Made by a program: the position numbers and the translations under genes | Shown here: positions 1 to 11,700 of the stretch, one piece after another | Position numbering within the stretch: position 1 is the stretch's first letter | How the letters are laid out: each line of letters starts with the position of its first letter | The notes under the pieces: model-generated | Database searches by the model: none | What the model saw: only the letters and a program-made list of their open reading frames with translations | Told to the model about the DNA's origin: nothing | Origin: a virus | Taxonomy: Duplodnaviria; Caudoviricetes | IMG/VR virus record: IMGVR_UViG_3300028384_000615 | Location: 1-36,349 of that record | Strand: one strand, 5' to 3' | DNA: 36,349 bases

Positions 1-3000
1 GTAGTACCGGTCTTATACCAATCAGTGTCAGATACATCCCCGCCATCAATAATGTTATCTTTATATCTGCTATAACCACCAAAGCGTAGTTCAAGTTCTA
101 TTGCTTCATAGATGTCAACGTCAGTATCAGCTACTTCACCATATGGATACACACGTTCTGTTTCACGTATCTTTGTGTGATATGGTTTTGTTTCGTTCAC
201 ATAATCAATGATATCATTATAGTTGTCATTCTGATAAATTGCATATTGACGTAGAGGTTTGTTCATCATAAACAAGTCGATATAACTTGTCTTGAATATC
301 CAGTCTGGGAAATTATTTTCAGTATACATATAGTCAATCATATCAAAGAACATATTTTTAATAAATTTATTGTCTGCATATGTATAAAGCATATTGATTA
401 GTTCATAAGTTTGTACTGCATACATATTGTTATAGTACGTTGTGATTTCATTTTCAATTGTTGTATCAAAGTTAGGATATTGTAAACGAAGTGTCCCGTT
501 CTCTTTGTGAACTAATCTTAGATTACCATTATATTCGAAATAATACTCTGCGTTATCTTTAATATCAACCTTAAACGATTGTGTACCAGACTTAAACATT
601 TTAATCATATCAAAAGTTCGTGTCTTTGATAGATATTCATACCTTTTAATGATATCATAATCAGAAGATATAGCCCAGTTTTCTGTCTGTAATATTCCGT
701 TACCAGGCACAATATATTCACCAAAGAATGGAAATTCTTTGACTAATAGTTTTCTTTTCATGTAATCATTGATGATGGAAGCAAAGTTATTTCTCGCATC
801 AACTACATTGTTAAACCATCCAGTCTGTGGTATTATTTTATAAACTCTAACAATATCACCAGAAGTGATTGTAGTATCACTTATTAACAATTCATCATTA
901 TTGAAACTTACATTAAAAATGCCCAACACTTCTGAATTAACTGATACAACTGAATTCAACAAAGAAAGTCCAAATAGCGTGTCGTCAATAAAATTAACTT
1001 GATCTTCTTCTGCTACAAATACTTTAACTTCTTCTACTTTACCACCTATAATACTATCTTTTAAACCATCAAGATATGATTTTTCTATAGGAGTACTACT
1101 ATTTCTAGAAACCATATGCCAATCAACATGCTTGTTTTCAATGTCTAAACTATTTTGTTTATATACCGAGTATTTGATCTGGTCGGCACTTAGTAGTGTA
1201 TTGTTACTAGTAATAATTGTTCTATCATCTATAGGAATGAATTTATTAGTAACCCCGCCAGATTCAATTAACATTTTTATTTCATCAATTGTATATTCTT
1301 TTTCTGTTGCATCTATACCAATCGTAGACCAGTAATAATATTTGGTAATACTTCTATTCGTGTCTGTATCCCAACGGGTCTCGGTGTTAAACCAAGACAC
1401 GTCTTCTGGTACACTATTAGAAGACTTCCATTGCTTTATAGTAACTGTTGATCCAGGAACTAATTTTCCCCAATACCTTTTCACATAATCAACATTTATA
1501 TTACCATTCATATCACCATAATCGTTATATCTGTAATAACGGGCAGATTTAGTATCCCACCAAATCTCACCAACGTGTTCATCTAACCACAAATCATTAC
1601 TATATTCATCATCGTATTTTGCTGGATCTTGCCAATCAACATAATCGATATCTTTGCCAATTGACCCCGGAATCTTCATATTTAATGGATCGAACAATTG
1701 ATATGTCCAGAAAGTTTCACCATCTTTTAAAACCATTCTTTTAATATCTGATATGTCTACTAACCTATCTACCTGTCTAGCAATTTTATTTGAATTACTA
1801 TTAGATGTATTATAATCTAATATAGCCCAACCATTACCCAAGTCTTTATAGTCATCTGCCCAAATTTTAGTATTACTATTAATACCTAAGTCTGCAATAA
1901 AGTCATCATATGATGAATATACGTAATTAGGAGTATATCTAACTGATTTCCAACGCATGATTTTAAAATTAGCATTGCTTTTAACACTAGAATATGTGCT
2001 ATAGATACCTATTTTATCTAACATACTCTGTTCTGTGCCAGTGAAAGACATAGATGTACTATTACTAGTGAAAATCATTCTACCATCACTGGATACCGAG
2101 ACAGCCACATCGTTTGAAATCTGATTAATCTGTTCTTTAAATAATTGAACTGATGAAGATGATGTGTTTATATTATTATAATTTCCAGTTGCAATTCCAA
2201 GATCATCCCATGGATTTCCTACATAGTTGAATAGTTCTACTCGTTTTGCGGATGACGTTATTACTACACGATCTGAGCCTGCATATTTTTCAGCACGTGT
2301 GTTAGAAGGTAAAACACTATTAATATCTTCTATAATTGTTTCAATAGATTTAACTGTTTTTTTACCATCTGATGACAGAATACCAAGTCTATTCAACGCA
2401 CCATCTGTTAATTCAGCTATTTCTAATTCCGGACCATCGAATGTAATTGACACCGAGTTACCAATATTTACGGCGCTAACTGATGGAATTGACGCTGTGT
2501 TTATCTGATTAGCAATACTTGTTGCTGTTGGATCAGTAGTCGCATCATACTCTTTTGGGTTAAATCCCAACACTGTTGCAAGATCGCCACCCAATAAAAG
2601 ATAATCATCATCGGATGTAATATTAAGTTTATTATTACCATCAATTGCAGACGTGATAAATGAAACGCTTTGTAATTGTTCATTGATGCCTAATAGTTTA
2701 CTCTTGACAAGGAAATCTGTTGTGTGTAACCCCAAATCTTCAAGTGCAGTGCCGGAAAATTCTATATAGGATGCACCTGTTACTAAGTTAATTTTATTAT
2801 CTACAATTTCAGCAGTAGCCGGAGCGCCTGATGCGTTTATCGCCGAAACAATATCATTTATTTCTAAAACTTGCGGAACGGATATCGCCTTCAATTCTAC
2901 TGAAAGATTTATAAAAGAATCATCACCAATAGCATCCTCTACTGGAGTATTAAACGTTATCGTCCCATTAGAATGTACATAATCGCTTGGTTGTATTTCA

Positions 3001-6000
3001 TATACTGGATCAATACCGTTGTCTACAGTTATTATTCCTGGCTCGAAGTACGTCATATTATTTGATAAGGATATTGCTGTCACAGGCGTTCCCTCAAACG
3101 GAAACGATTCTGTAGTATCCTGCTTCAATATAGGTTCTGGTATTTCTAATCTTGTAGGAATGTTATTGATATATAAAGTCTTAGTACTACTAATAGTAGG
3201 ATTTTCTATTGTACCTTCAACTATTATGTCACTAGTTGTAACAGATGCAGTGGTTACGCCATTTGATACAGTCATAGTAAGATCAGAATTCATTACAGAA
3301 TCTAAATCTGCACTAGATGTTGCAGAAATAGAAGTTTGTGCGCTATAGTCTACTGTTATTTCAACGCCGTTGATACTAATAATATCACCAGTAATACTGC
3401 TTACTGTATTATCACCTGTAACTGAGGTGCCTCTAAAACGCACATCAGTTGATGAATTTAATATGTTGTTATTCTCATCATAGACAATAATTCTTGCTTC
3501 TTCGCCGACAGTAATAAATGGATCCGTAGCTGCACCTTCGCCGCCAATCGTTAAACCAAAATTAGTACTATCGGACGAAGAATTATAAGTGTAGACGTTA
3601 TCATTAATTGTCAATCTCTCACCATCGGCAAACAATGGATTAGAAACTGAACCGATTGCTTCTACACCGCTATCATCTGGCGTAGGAACATAAACAGAAT
3701 TATCTGTAGTTTCATCGATTTCAACTATGAAAGGTTCATATTCAGTGTCAAAAACAAGATACTCATAAATTACTTGTCCGCCTTGATTTTTTTCACCATC
3801 ATCAACTAAGTTAAAATATCCGTTAACGTTAGGATCGATTTCAATAGAGTTAATTTTTAAGAATACAGGCTCATCAATCGTAATTTCATTCGTTAAACCA
3901 ACATAAAGCTGGCCATCAGATGTTTCACCAATATATGCTATTTCTGCGACTTCGGATAGTCTTTTGACATCCCATTCTCTATCATCATCAAAGCGTATCC
4001 AAGCCAAATCACCTTCATAAAATGTACTACGTATTGTATTTTCAAGAATAGTGTTGTTTCTAACAACATAGTTAACATCATTAGGGTCAACATAACCAGA
4101 TGTCATTATAGGCGCAGTTCTGTAATGATTACTCGAACTTAGCTTAAATTTATCGTTTTCATCCCATTGAATAACAAAAGGATCGCTATCAATATCATTA
4201 CGATTAATCGTCTTACTTATGATACTTCTATTTTTTGTTTTACCATACTCATCAATTTTAAATGCCCAAATTTCATCATGCTTAGTGTCAGAGAAATTTG
4301 AATTCTTATTGATTACTCGGTCAATACTTTGCTTTGTACCTTTACCTGCAAGAAATCCTTTATAGAATTCAACTTGTGATTCTCTATCTACAAAATGATT
4401 CGTTAAATAAGTTCTAGGTGTAAATCCAAGCTGAGATTCTTTTAGTTTATTAGTAATTTCAAGTGACTGATCTACTAACGTATCTCTATAATACCTAGTA
4501 TCTTCAATCATTGTTTCGAAGTTAGGCAGTAATTTACCACCATTAACTATATAACCGTCGGCTGCAAGTGTACCGTCCCAGTTTCTAGTTCTATTACAAT
4601 CTATCAACATTCTTAGATTTCTATCGTGTGTCAAAGGATTATAAATTACATCACCAAATGAATCTTCTCTATCAATAACAATCGCATGTTCGATATCTCT
4701 TATGTCCATCTTGATACCGTAAATAGGCACATTAGATTCCCAAAGTATACTACCGCCTTCCATATTGAAGGTAATATTTTCTTTACGAATTTGTAGACCT
4801 TCGCTATCCACAACATTAAAATAATTCTTATTTGTGTTACTTGTAATACTTGCAACGCCGTAAGGAGTATTAAACTTACCTGACTTTAACACGGGTGTTA
4901 AAGTAATGTATTCGCCCACGTTTCTACGTTCACGTGACCAGTTTAAAAACTCTACTAATAATGTTTCAAAATCAATGATTTCACTGAACTCATCAATGTC
5001 CGAGAAATCCCAACCGACTGCTTTTAGATATTCTTGATAGCCTACAAAAAGTTGTGCAACCTCATCATATGTTTCTAATATGTCACCATAATTATGAAGT
5101 TTTAGTTGGTCTGGTAGCACATCTTTGTATCCATTTGCATCAACAGTGTTGACAACTGGCCATTCTTTTAAAAGTTTCCAGTTACCGTCCGATAAATCAT
5201 TGTCGAAACTTTCAGTTGCCTGATGGTCATACAGGGCGATGTAAGGTTTATTATTGTAAACTGCATATAAATCTTGTTTGTAATACTCGCCTGCTGTCCA
5301 TTGCTTTAAGTTTGCTAAATCACCATCTGATGACCAATGTTTTGCACCTGATGTTTTGTCCCAATCTAATGTGTAGAATACTGGATTAAAGTCATCATAT
5401 CCTGATATACGATAACCAAACTTCTTAATATTAGGTTGTGAAATTAGAATCCATGCGCTATAATCAAAGTACGCAGATTCAGATATTTTGTCTATTTCGT
5501 TTTGTGTCTGACTGGTTACTTTTCTCTTGTAATATTTACCATCATTTTGACGTAATACTACATCACCAGGTTCATATTGTGCAGTGTCTAATACAGAATA
5601 ATAAGGATACTGTTCATCTAATGAAACTTTCTCAATAATAATAGCTGAAAAACTTTCTGTACGATTTGGTTCACCAGAATGAATGACTAGTTCGTAATTA
5701 TCTTTTGGTATTTCTGAGTTACTTGTGTTAGAAAAAGAATTTCTCTCAGAGAATAATTTAAAGTTATTTACGAAACCACCTAGCTTAGATCCTAATTTAA
5801 ACTCATAACTCTCACGTGTAGATACAATCGCATCAGTGTTGTAACCTTCACGTTTATTATAAAATTCTACTATTGTCTGGATATCAGCATCATACAAATC
5901 TAAAATCTTAAATGGTTTTAGAAGTACCTTCATTGCAAATTCAATAAATGGATACTCTGAACTTCTACGCCATGCAAGTTCTTCTGGTGATCCGTCACCG

Positions 6001-8714
6001 AACTCCCAATCTTGTTTTAATATATTGTTATCAGAAGAATATAGAGAGAACATGTCTAAAATTTCTCTTGGATTTCCATCTGAATCGACAGGAAGAGGCC
6101 AATCTGCACCGGAATATTCTTTAAGTTTTGACCAGAAATCATATGACTTAAAATCTACTTCTTCAAAGTAACCAGATTCTGGATAGTGTCCTAGTTCTAC
6201 CCATCCAAATAATTCTGTTTTAGGTCTCTCTGTTACTCCCAGAGTTAACCATGGTTGTGTGAATATAAATTCTGTATTATATACGAAATTAAAAATTGAT
6301 CTCCACGATCCCGGAATATCATCACTCAGCGCACGATAGTTCCATGTTTTCCAATCATTTATATCAAATGTTGAATTTCTCAAATCATCGATATTGTTTT
6401 TAATCAACCATTTCTTAAAAAATGGGAATACTGAATATCTTTTTTCTGCAAATGTATACTCGGTATCTAAGCTGTTAAATCCTAATTCTAGTTCTCTTTT
6501 TTCAGTTGACTTATCTGTGTTTTTATTATAAATTAGGTTCTCTAACATTAAAAGTATTTCGTCAGTTCTGTCGCCCCACGAAGGAACAGATGAGCCGTCA
6601 TGTCCTCTAATAAATGTCACTGGTGTTTCATATTCTTCATCAATAAAATAACCAGGTACATATAGAGGTGAAACACCCAAAGATGTTGCGCTTGGCGGAA
6701 TGTAAGTTTCTGCTAATTTTTCATAATGTCTAATAATGATAGTATCATCTGGTTGAACTAAGTAATTCTTAAATATTACGTTTTGTCCGCTATCAGTGAT
6801 AATATACTCATCTTTATATCTTAAAACCCTATCATTTAAAATTAAAACAACATTTTCCGGATAAACCCCAATTGATAGTTTATCCAGACTGTCTGGTATA
6901 CGTTGTTCGTAACTACCCAAATCCAAGACAAGCATATCCTCAGTAAAGTGATTATAAACTTCACCAAAGTTAATCATATCAGAACCCGTGAATACGTTTA
7001 TATTTTCTCTTTTAAGACTTGCCAGTTCTCTAACTGCTGTTTCAAATATTTCTAAATTAGTTTTAGAGTCATATTCATCTTCTGTTAATAGCTCTTGGAC
7101 TTTTAAGATAAATTTATTCTTATAAGATGCATAAGAATTAGCCAAGAATTCTAACGACTTTATAGGATCAAAGTCATCACGTGTTATTGCAAAGTAACCC
7201 TTTTTTACATCTATGTCATGTATCACCATGACACTACCAAATTTATTAAACTTAGTTTTAGAACCAGCTTGCAATTTTCTATAATTATTCGATGCGTTAG
7301 CTTCGCCTATTAATCCGTCAGTAGTTTCAATTTGTCTAATTAGATGCTCATATATCGTAGAGTATGTAAATTCAACACCTTCATGTGTTTCATTATCGAT
7401 ATTGAATTCTAGTCTAGGATCAATACGCTGCCAAATTCTATCGCCATCTATATCAACTGGATTTTTAGTACACAAGTCAATGTAAACATCACCGCTAACA
7501 TCTTCATCAAATACAACAATATTACCTTCTACATTGTAGTTTCCATTTTGTTTTATACCGTCAACGTAAATGTCAACATCATTATCTGTTACAGATAATT
7601 GCGGAAGTTCAAATATATTGGTATTTGTAACACCAAATTCACTTCTAAGATTTCTATAATTAAATTCTGAATTTATATAAAGAGAATGTTCTTCTTCATT
7701 AATTTTATATGTTGAGCCTTCTGGCATTGTAATTTGGAAAACAAACTCGCTTTTGTAATCGCCAGATTTTACTTTTACATCGATACCAAGAATTGGATCG
7801 GGAGTAAAGAATTCATCTTGCACATACTCAAAAATAGTAAATCCATCAGTAAGAGGACCATCTTCATCATATAAATTAAATTTAGGTACTTCCCATTCTG
7901 CTACATCATTTTGAACTTCTAAACCTTTATCAAATTCAATGATCGGGCGCTGTGCTTGAAGAAATAGCTCTGAGTTATCAGTTTTTACATAGTAATAATC
8001 AAATGTTAAATCAATACTTTCATCAGAAAAATAATGTTCACTATTAGTTATTCTAGTATAGCTATTTTTGTTTGACATTAGATGTCTTACATCATCGTGG
8101 TGATACCAAGAATTTGTTTTACTCCAATAATTTTCTACGCCGTCATCTATCGTTATATATTCAGGCTTATTGTTAGAGGTCATAACTAAATTTTTATGAC
8201 TAACATATACTTGTTTGTTATTTTCGTCAAGAACTCTTTCTAATATTGGTGTTTCACCATCACTTTCGTATTTGGCAAATTCACCATCGAAAACATGTCT
8301 ATATAAAGCAAGCGGTTTAACCCAATAATACAATTGCCAATTTACAAACTTATCAGCATCGATTGGTAAATTAATAGTCTTGTGATTACTTTCGAATAAA
8401 CGTCGGTGATCATTGATAAGCATACCCTTGTTATACATAGCATTTAACAAATCATCATAAAAGACCCTGTCGTTTATACTTGAATTTACGAATACTGGTT
8501 CTAGACCATAGTTGTCACGTTGGAAAAGATGCTCAGGAAATTCTAAGTACCTGTCATCATTGTTATTCATTCCCTTTTCACGTCTACCTACATATGCTCT
8601 TACTTTTTCAAGATCACCTTTAGAAAATACACGTTCAAGTGTAGCATCAAAAATATCTGACAACTCTTTATTTTGTAGATGAGCCGGTAGAAAATCGTAA
8701 ATTTTATTTGCCAT
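1..8714 (-). CDS. Giant virion structural protein, probably baseplate wedge/baseplate-associated (>2900 aa, 3' end outside the window)
   Basis: ATG at 8714, 3 nt after the stop of the gp6-like gene, reads MANKIYDFLPAHLQNKELSDIFDATLERVFSKG. The same frame at the left edge reads ...KPYHTKIRE...SDTDWYKTGT. Spot checks found no stop. It is absent from the ORF track, as expected for an ORF with no stop in the window. Confidence 0.88.
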   Translation of the reverse strand, partial: MANKIYDFLPAHLQNKELSDIFDATLERVFSKGDLEKVRAYVGRREKGMNNNDDRYLEFPEHLFQRDNYGLEPVFVNSSINDRVFYDDLLNAMYNKGMLINDHRRLFESNHKTINLPIDADKFVNWQLYYWVKPLALYRHVFDGEFAKYESDGETPILERVLDENNKQVYVSHKNLVMTSNNKPEYITIDDGVENYWSKTNSWYHHDDVRHLMSNKNSYTRITNSEHYFSDESIDLTFDYYYVKTDNSELFLQAQRPIIEFDKGLEVQNDVAEWEVPKFNLYDEDGPLTDGFTIFEYVQDEFFTPDPILGIDVKVKSGDYKSEFVFQITMPEGSTYKINEEEHSLYINSEFNYRNLRSEFGVTNTNIFELPQLSVTDNDVDIYVDGIKQNGNYNVEGNIVVFDEDVSGDVYIDLCTKNPVDIDGDRIWQRIDPRLEFNIDNETHEGVEFTYSTIYEHLIRQIETTDGLIGEANASNNYRKLQAGSKTKFNKFGSVMVIHDIDVKKGYFAITRDDFDPIKSLEFLANSYASYKNKFILKVQELLTEDEYDSKTNLEIFETAVRELASLKRENINVFTGSDMINFGEVYNHFTEDMLVLDLGSYEQRIPDSLDKLSIGVYPENVVLILNDRVLRYKDEYIITDSGQNVIFKNYLVQPDDTIIIRHYEKLAETYIPPSATSLGVSPLYVPGYFIDEEYETPVTFIRGHDGSSVPSWGDRTDEILLMLENLIYNKNTDKSTEKRELELGFNSLDTEYTFAEKRYSVFPFFKKWLIKNNIDDLRNSTFDINDWKTWNYRALSDDIPGSWRSIFNFVYNTEFIFTQPWLTLGVTERPKTELFGWVELGHYPESGYFEEVDFKSYDFWSKLKEYSGADWPLPVDSDGNPREILDMFSLYSSDNNILKQDWEFGDGSPEELAWRRSSEYPFIEFAMKVLLKPFKILDLYDADIQTIVEFYNKREGYNTDAIVSTRESYEFKLGSKLGGFVNNFKLFSERNSFSNTSNSEIPKDNYELVIHSGEPNRTESFSAIIIEKVSLDEQYPYYSVLDTAQYEPGDVVLRQNDGKYYKRKVTSQTQNEIDKISESAYFDYSAWILISQPNIKKFGYRISGYDDFNPVFYTLDWDKTSGAKHWSSDGDLANLKQWTAGEYYKQDLYAVYNNKPYIALYDHQATESFDNDLSDGNWKLLKEWPVVNTVDANGYKDVLPDQLKLHNYGDILETYDEVAQLFVGYQEYLKAVGWDFSDIDEFSEIIDFETLLVEFLNWSRERRNVGEYITLTPVLKSGKFNTPYGVASITSNTNKNYFNVVDSEGLQIRKENITFNMEGGSILWESNVPIYGIKMDIRDIEHAIVIDREDSFGDVIYNPLTHDRNLRMLIDCNRTRNWDGTLAADGYIVNGGKLLPNFETMIEDTRYYRDTLVDQSLEITNKLKESQLGFTPRTYLTNHFVDRESQVEFYKGFLAGKGTKQSIDRVINKNSNFSDTKHDEIWAFKIDEYGKTKNRSIISKTINRNDIDSDPFVIQWDENDKFKLSSSNHYRTAPIMTSGYVDPNDVNYVVRNNTILENTIRSTFYEGDLAWIRFDDDREWDVKRLSEVAEIAYIGETSDGQLYVGLTNEITIDEPVFLKINSIEIDPNVNGYFNLVDDGEKNQGGQVIYEYLVFDTEYEPFIVEIDETTDNSVYVPTPDDSGVEAIGSVSNPLFADGERLTINDNVYTYNSSSDSTNFGLTIGGEGAATDPFITVGEEARIIVYDENNNILNSSTDVRFRGTSVTGDNTVSSITGDIISINGVEITVDYSAQTSISATSSADLDSVMNSDLTMTVSNGVTTASVTTSDIIVEGTIENPTISSTKTLYINNIPTRLEIPEPILKQDTTESFPFEGTPVTAISLSNNMTYFEPGIITVDNGIDPVYEIQPSDYVHSNGTITFNTPVEDAIGDDSFINLSVELKAISVPQVLEINDIVSAINASGAPATAEIVDNKINLVTGASYIEFSGTALEDLGLHTTDFLVKSKLLGINEQLQSVSFITSAIDGNNKLNITSDDDYLLLGGDLATVLGFNPKEYDATTDPTATSIANQINTASIPSVSAVNIGNSVSITFDGPELEIAELTDGALNRLGILSSDGKKTVKSIETIIEDINSVLPSNTRAEKYAGSDRVVITSSAKRVELFNYVGNPWDDLGIATGNYNNINTSSSSVQLFKEQINQISNDVAVSVSSDGRMIFTSNSTSMSFTGTEQSMLDKIGIYSTYSSVKSNANFKIMRWKSVRYTPNYVYSSYDDFIADLGINSNTKIWADDYKDLGNGWAILDYNTSNSNSNKIARQVDRLVDISDIKRMVLKDGETFWTYQLFDPLNMKIPGSIGKDIDYVDWQDPAKYDDEYSNDLWLDEHVGEIWWDTKSARYYRYNDYGDMNGNINVDYVKRYWGKLVPGSTVTIKQWKSSNSVPEDVSWFNTETRWDTDTNRSITKYYYWSTIGIDATEKEYTIDEIKMLIESGGVTNKFIPIDDRTIITSNNTLLSADQIKYSVYKQNSLDIENKHVDWHMVSRNSSTPIEKSYLDGLKDSIIGGKVEEVKVFVAEEDQVNFIDDTLFGLSLLNSVVSVNSEVLGIFNVSFNNDELLISDTTITSGDIVRVYKIIPQTGWFNNVVDARNNFASIINDYMKRKLLVKEFPFFGEYIVPGNGILQTENWAISSDYDIIKRYEYLSKTRTFDMIKMFKSGTQSFKVDIKDNAEYYFEYNGNLRLVHKENGTLRLQYPNFDTTIENEITTYYNNMYAVQTYELINMLYTYADNKFIKNMFFDMIDYMYTENNFPDWIFKTSYIDLFMMNKPLRQYAIYQNDNYNDIIDYVNETKPYHTKIRETERVYPYGEVADTDVDIYEAIELELRFGGYSRYKDNIIDGGDVSDTDWYKTGT

Positions 8715-8717
8715 GTT

Positions 8718-11700
8718 TTATTCGCCTGATAATTCTGTATCTGTTATACGTTCAATGATTTTTACATCTGCTGATGTTGTTACACTCATGAAGATTTCAT
8801 TTTGATCGCTACCAATACTTAGTAGCTTTGTAAATTGATTTCCTGAATACTTAGGTGTTATAACAACACTTGAAATATAATCAGGAACTGACTTATGAAT
8901 ATGTGCTGCTAATTCTGAGAAGTAGAATGTATCACCGAAGTCCCAGTTTTCGATTTTAAAGTATTCGTTGACTGCCGCTGAAACCGCAGACTTAATTTCA
9001 CTGTCAGTGAATAATGTACCACTTTTCTTAACTACTTTAAACACTGCTTGATTTTCTTGTATAGCTTGTGTTCCGAATAGAGGTTTGAACTTAACTGGAA
9101 TATATGACACGTGGTCTGATATCATTTCCTTACCCTTGATACTTTCCATTAGCTTTTTAAGTTCATAGTTATTTGGGGCTTTTGGCATAGGCCCTGAGAA
9201 CCCAGAATTTTTCCAAGTATCAATTTTTCTAGCATAATCGGCAGTAAGAACATAAACGTCAACAATATTAGATGTTGATGGATCAATTCTCTTATCTTTA
9301 TCTGCAAAATGCTCCCAATTGTATCTTGCAAGTGTGTTATTGATATGTGAAATACCATCTGCTACTTTAAATTTCGTTCCTGTAGGGAATACACCTTGGT
9401 CACTATCTAATGTGATTTCTTTTGATCCTTGTGCAATAACATCACCAGATTTATTATACCACTTGTCTTGTTCAATATTATAATAAACATAATATTGTTC
9501 TGTTATATTTTCTGGAATATTTGTAGCGTATGCGAATTTTGATATATTATATGTATTACTGTCTGGTAGTTTTGCAATTATAATATATCTATCACTTCCT
9601 ATAACATCAATCATACCATATGGATTTTGTTTGTCATCCATAGTTGTTAATTTAACTTTAGAATAATCTGCGTATCCTTCAGTATCAATATACTGTTCGT
9701 AAATATAACTGCCTATAGACGAATACTCAGGTATTGAAAGTTTAGTTGCCCTTGTAATCTTAACAGCCGATTGCGCTCGTACTTTATAATCTTCTATAGA
9801 GATACCGGAAGCAGTTGTATAAATGTCATACACGTCAATAAGAGCGTTTTCGGGATCATGGGTCCAAAATACTATCTTATAAGAATACATGGTGTCGTCT
9901 GTAGTATCTGTTTCTAATAATTCAATATGTCTCTTGTCGATTCTGGTTCCGTCAACTTTAACAACAATAGTATTTTCGGTAAGTTCTCTTTCAGAATCGA
10001 ATTCAATTTCTGCATACGCAAATTGTTTCCAAAAAACTGAACCGGCTCCCGCTGCTATTGTAGAATTACTAAATTGAAACTGATAAACTGTGCTTGTTGG
10101 ATCAGTTTTAAAAGTCATATAATCATTTACTACACCAGTTGGTAAATTATTGACATCATCTATTGTAATAGAAGAAAGGGTTTCTCCGGTTGGTAACTCT
10201 GTACTCTTAACAAATACAAAGTTTGCAGTGTCTCTTGCTGATGTGAAGTAGTCCGTTGAAACATTACCTTTAAAACCATCTGTAACAATGTCCTGCGATG
10301 ATAATGAAACCAATGTAGAATCTGCATTTGCCACATTACCGTCTTCTGCTATTACTGTTAATACAGAAGACACTTCAAACTTATCAGTTTCAAGTGTGGG
10401 TGCCTCATTTGTCACTGGATCAGAAACATTATCAATTGTAAGTTCACTTATATCAATAGTCACTGGTAACGTATATTCATCATTATAACTATCACCGATC
10501 GGAGTAGAATATCCTGTTTTAGGAATAGCATCATTTAGTCCAGAAATAGCTTCTGGGATATCATCACCGTTTGTATTAACAAGAACAAAGTTCATTGCGT
10601 TTTCTGGCTGTCTCATACCATTCAATTCGTCTTGTATAAATTCTAAATTTCTTGGTGCGCCCGTCCATGTTTTATATTGAATATTGAATGATGCATTAAT
10701 ACCATCAAGCGAATAGTTATAAATGTCACTATAACCCAAAACAACAACATCATCTTTTTCATCGCCGCCAATAATATCACTGTCGCCCGGCTGATAGTAA
10801 TCAATTACAATTCTATCTTGGTGTGCTAGGTTTGTTTCTAAATCTACAACTCGCTTATTATTACTATAGAAAAATTTAACATCTCCGTCAGATTCAAACA
10901 CCACTTTCTTGCCAGAAAATTTCACAGTATATTCTGCTTCTGCTGTTCTAATACCTTTTTTATAAGATAGATTTACATAAATATGTTGACCTGCAACTAG
11001 TTCAGGATCTACGTCTTTATCATGTAATCGCCAAATCCATCTATTCTGTACTTCATCATAATCATATATGATATCAAATGAAGATGCAGCACCTTCAGAA
11101 AATGCACCGTTTCTAATTTCAATTATTTCAAAATCTTCAAATCTAGTTCTAAATCCTTTAACGATTTCTACAATCGTAAACAGGTTATCATTTCTTGTAT
11201 CTTCTGGTAAGATATCAGTAATAGTATATCTATTGTTACTGATTCCGCCACCAGAACCAGCGGCGCCATATATTCTTGTCCAGTATTCATTATTATCTGT
11301 TTTAATTTTAATAAAATCACCCGGATATAAAATTTCTGATGGATGTGGATCCGCGCCGCTTTCACCTTGTGCTATTGTTTGAATTTCTATTGCCTTAGGA
11401 TCAGTCGGATCGATCTCAACATTGATTTCAGTAAATAACTCATCTGTGTCAGAATTAATAACAACTTTTTTATCACCAATGTTATTAATATAATATAAAT
11501 TAGCAAGTGAATTATGCTTAATAACTTTAGAAATTTCGTTTCTGATAAAATTAACGATGTTACCGTTTTGACGGTTGAATGATAACTTTGCAGTAATGCT
11601 ATCATTGTCAAGATAAAGTGTACCGTCGGTCGAGTTTACTGTGACATTAGAATGATGACCCGTCACATCGTCCATTTCAAAGTAACGTGAGTTACCTGAG

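Noticed and set aside
1-8714. Stop-codon reassignment or pseudogene as the cause of the ORF-poor left end
   Set aside because: One open frame in the standard code explains it; TAA, TGA and TAG all end genes normally elsewhere in the window.
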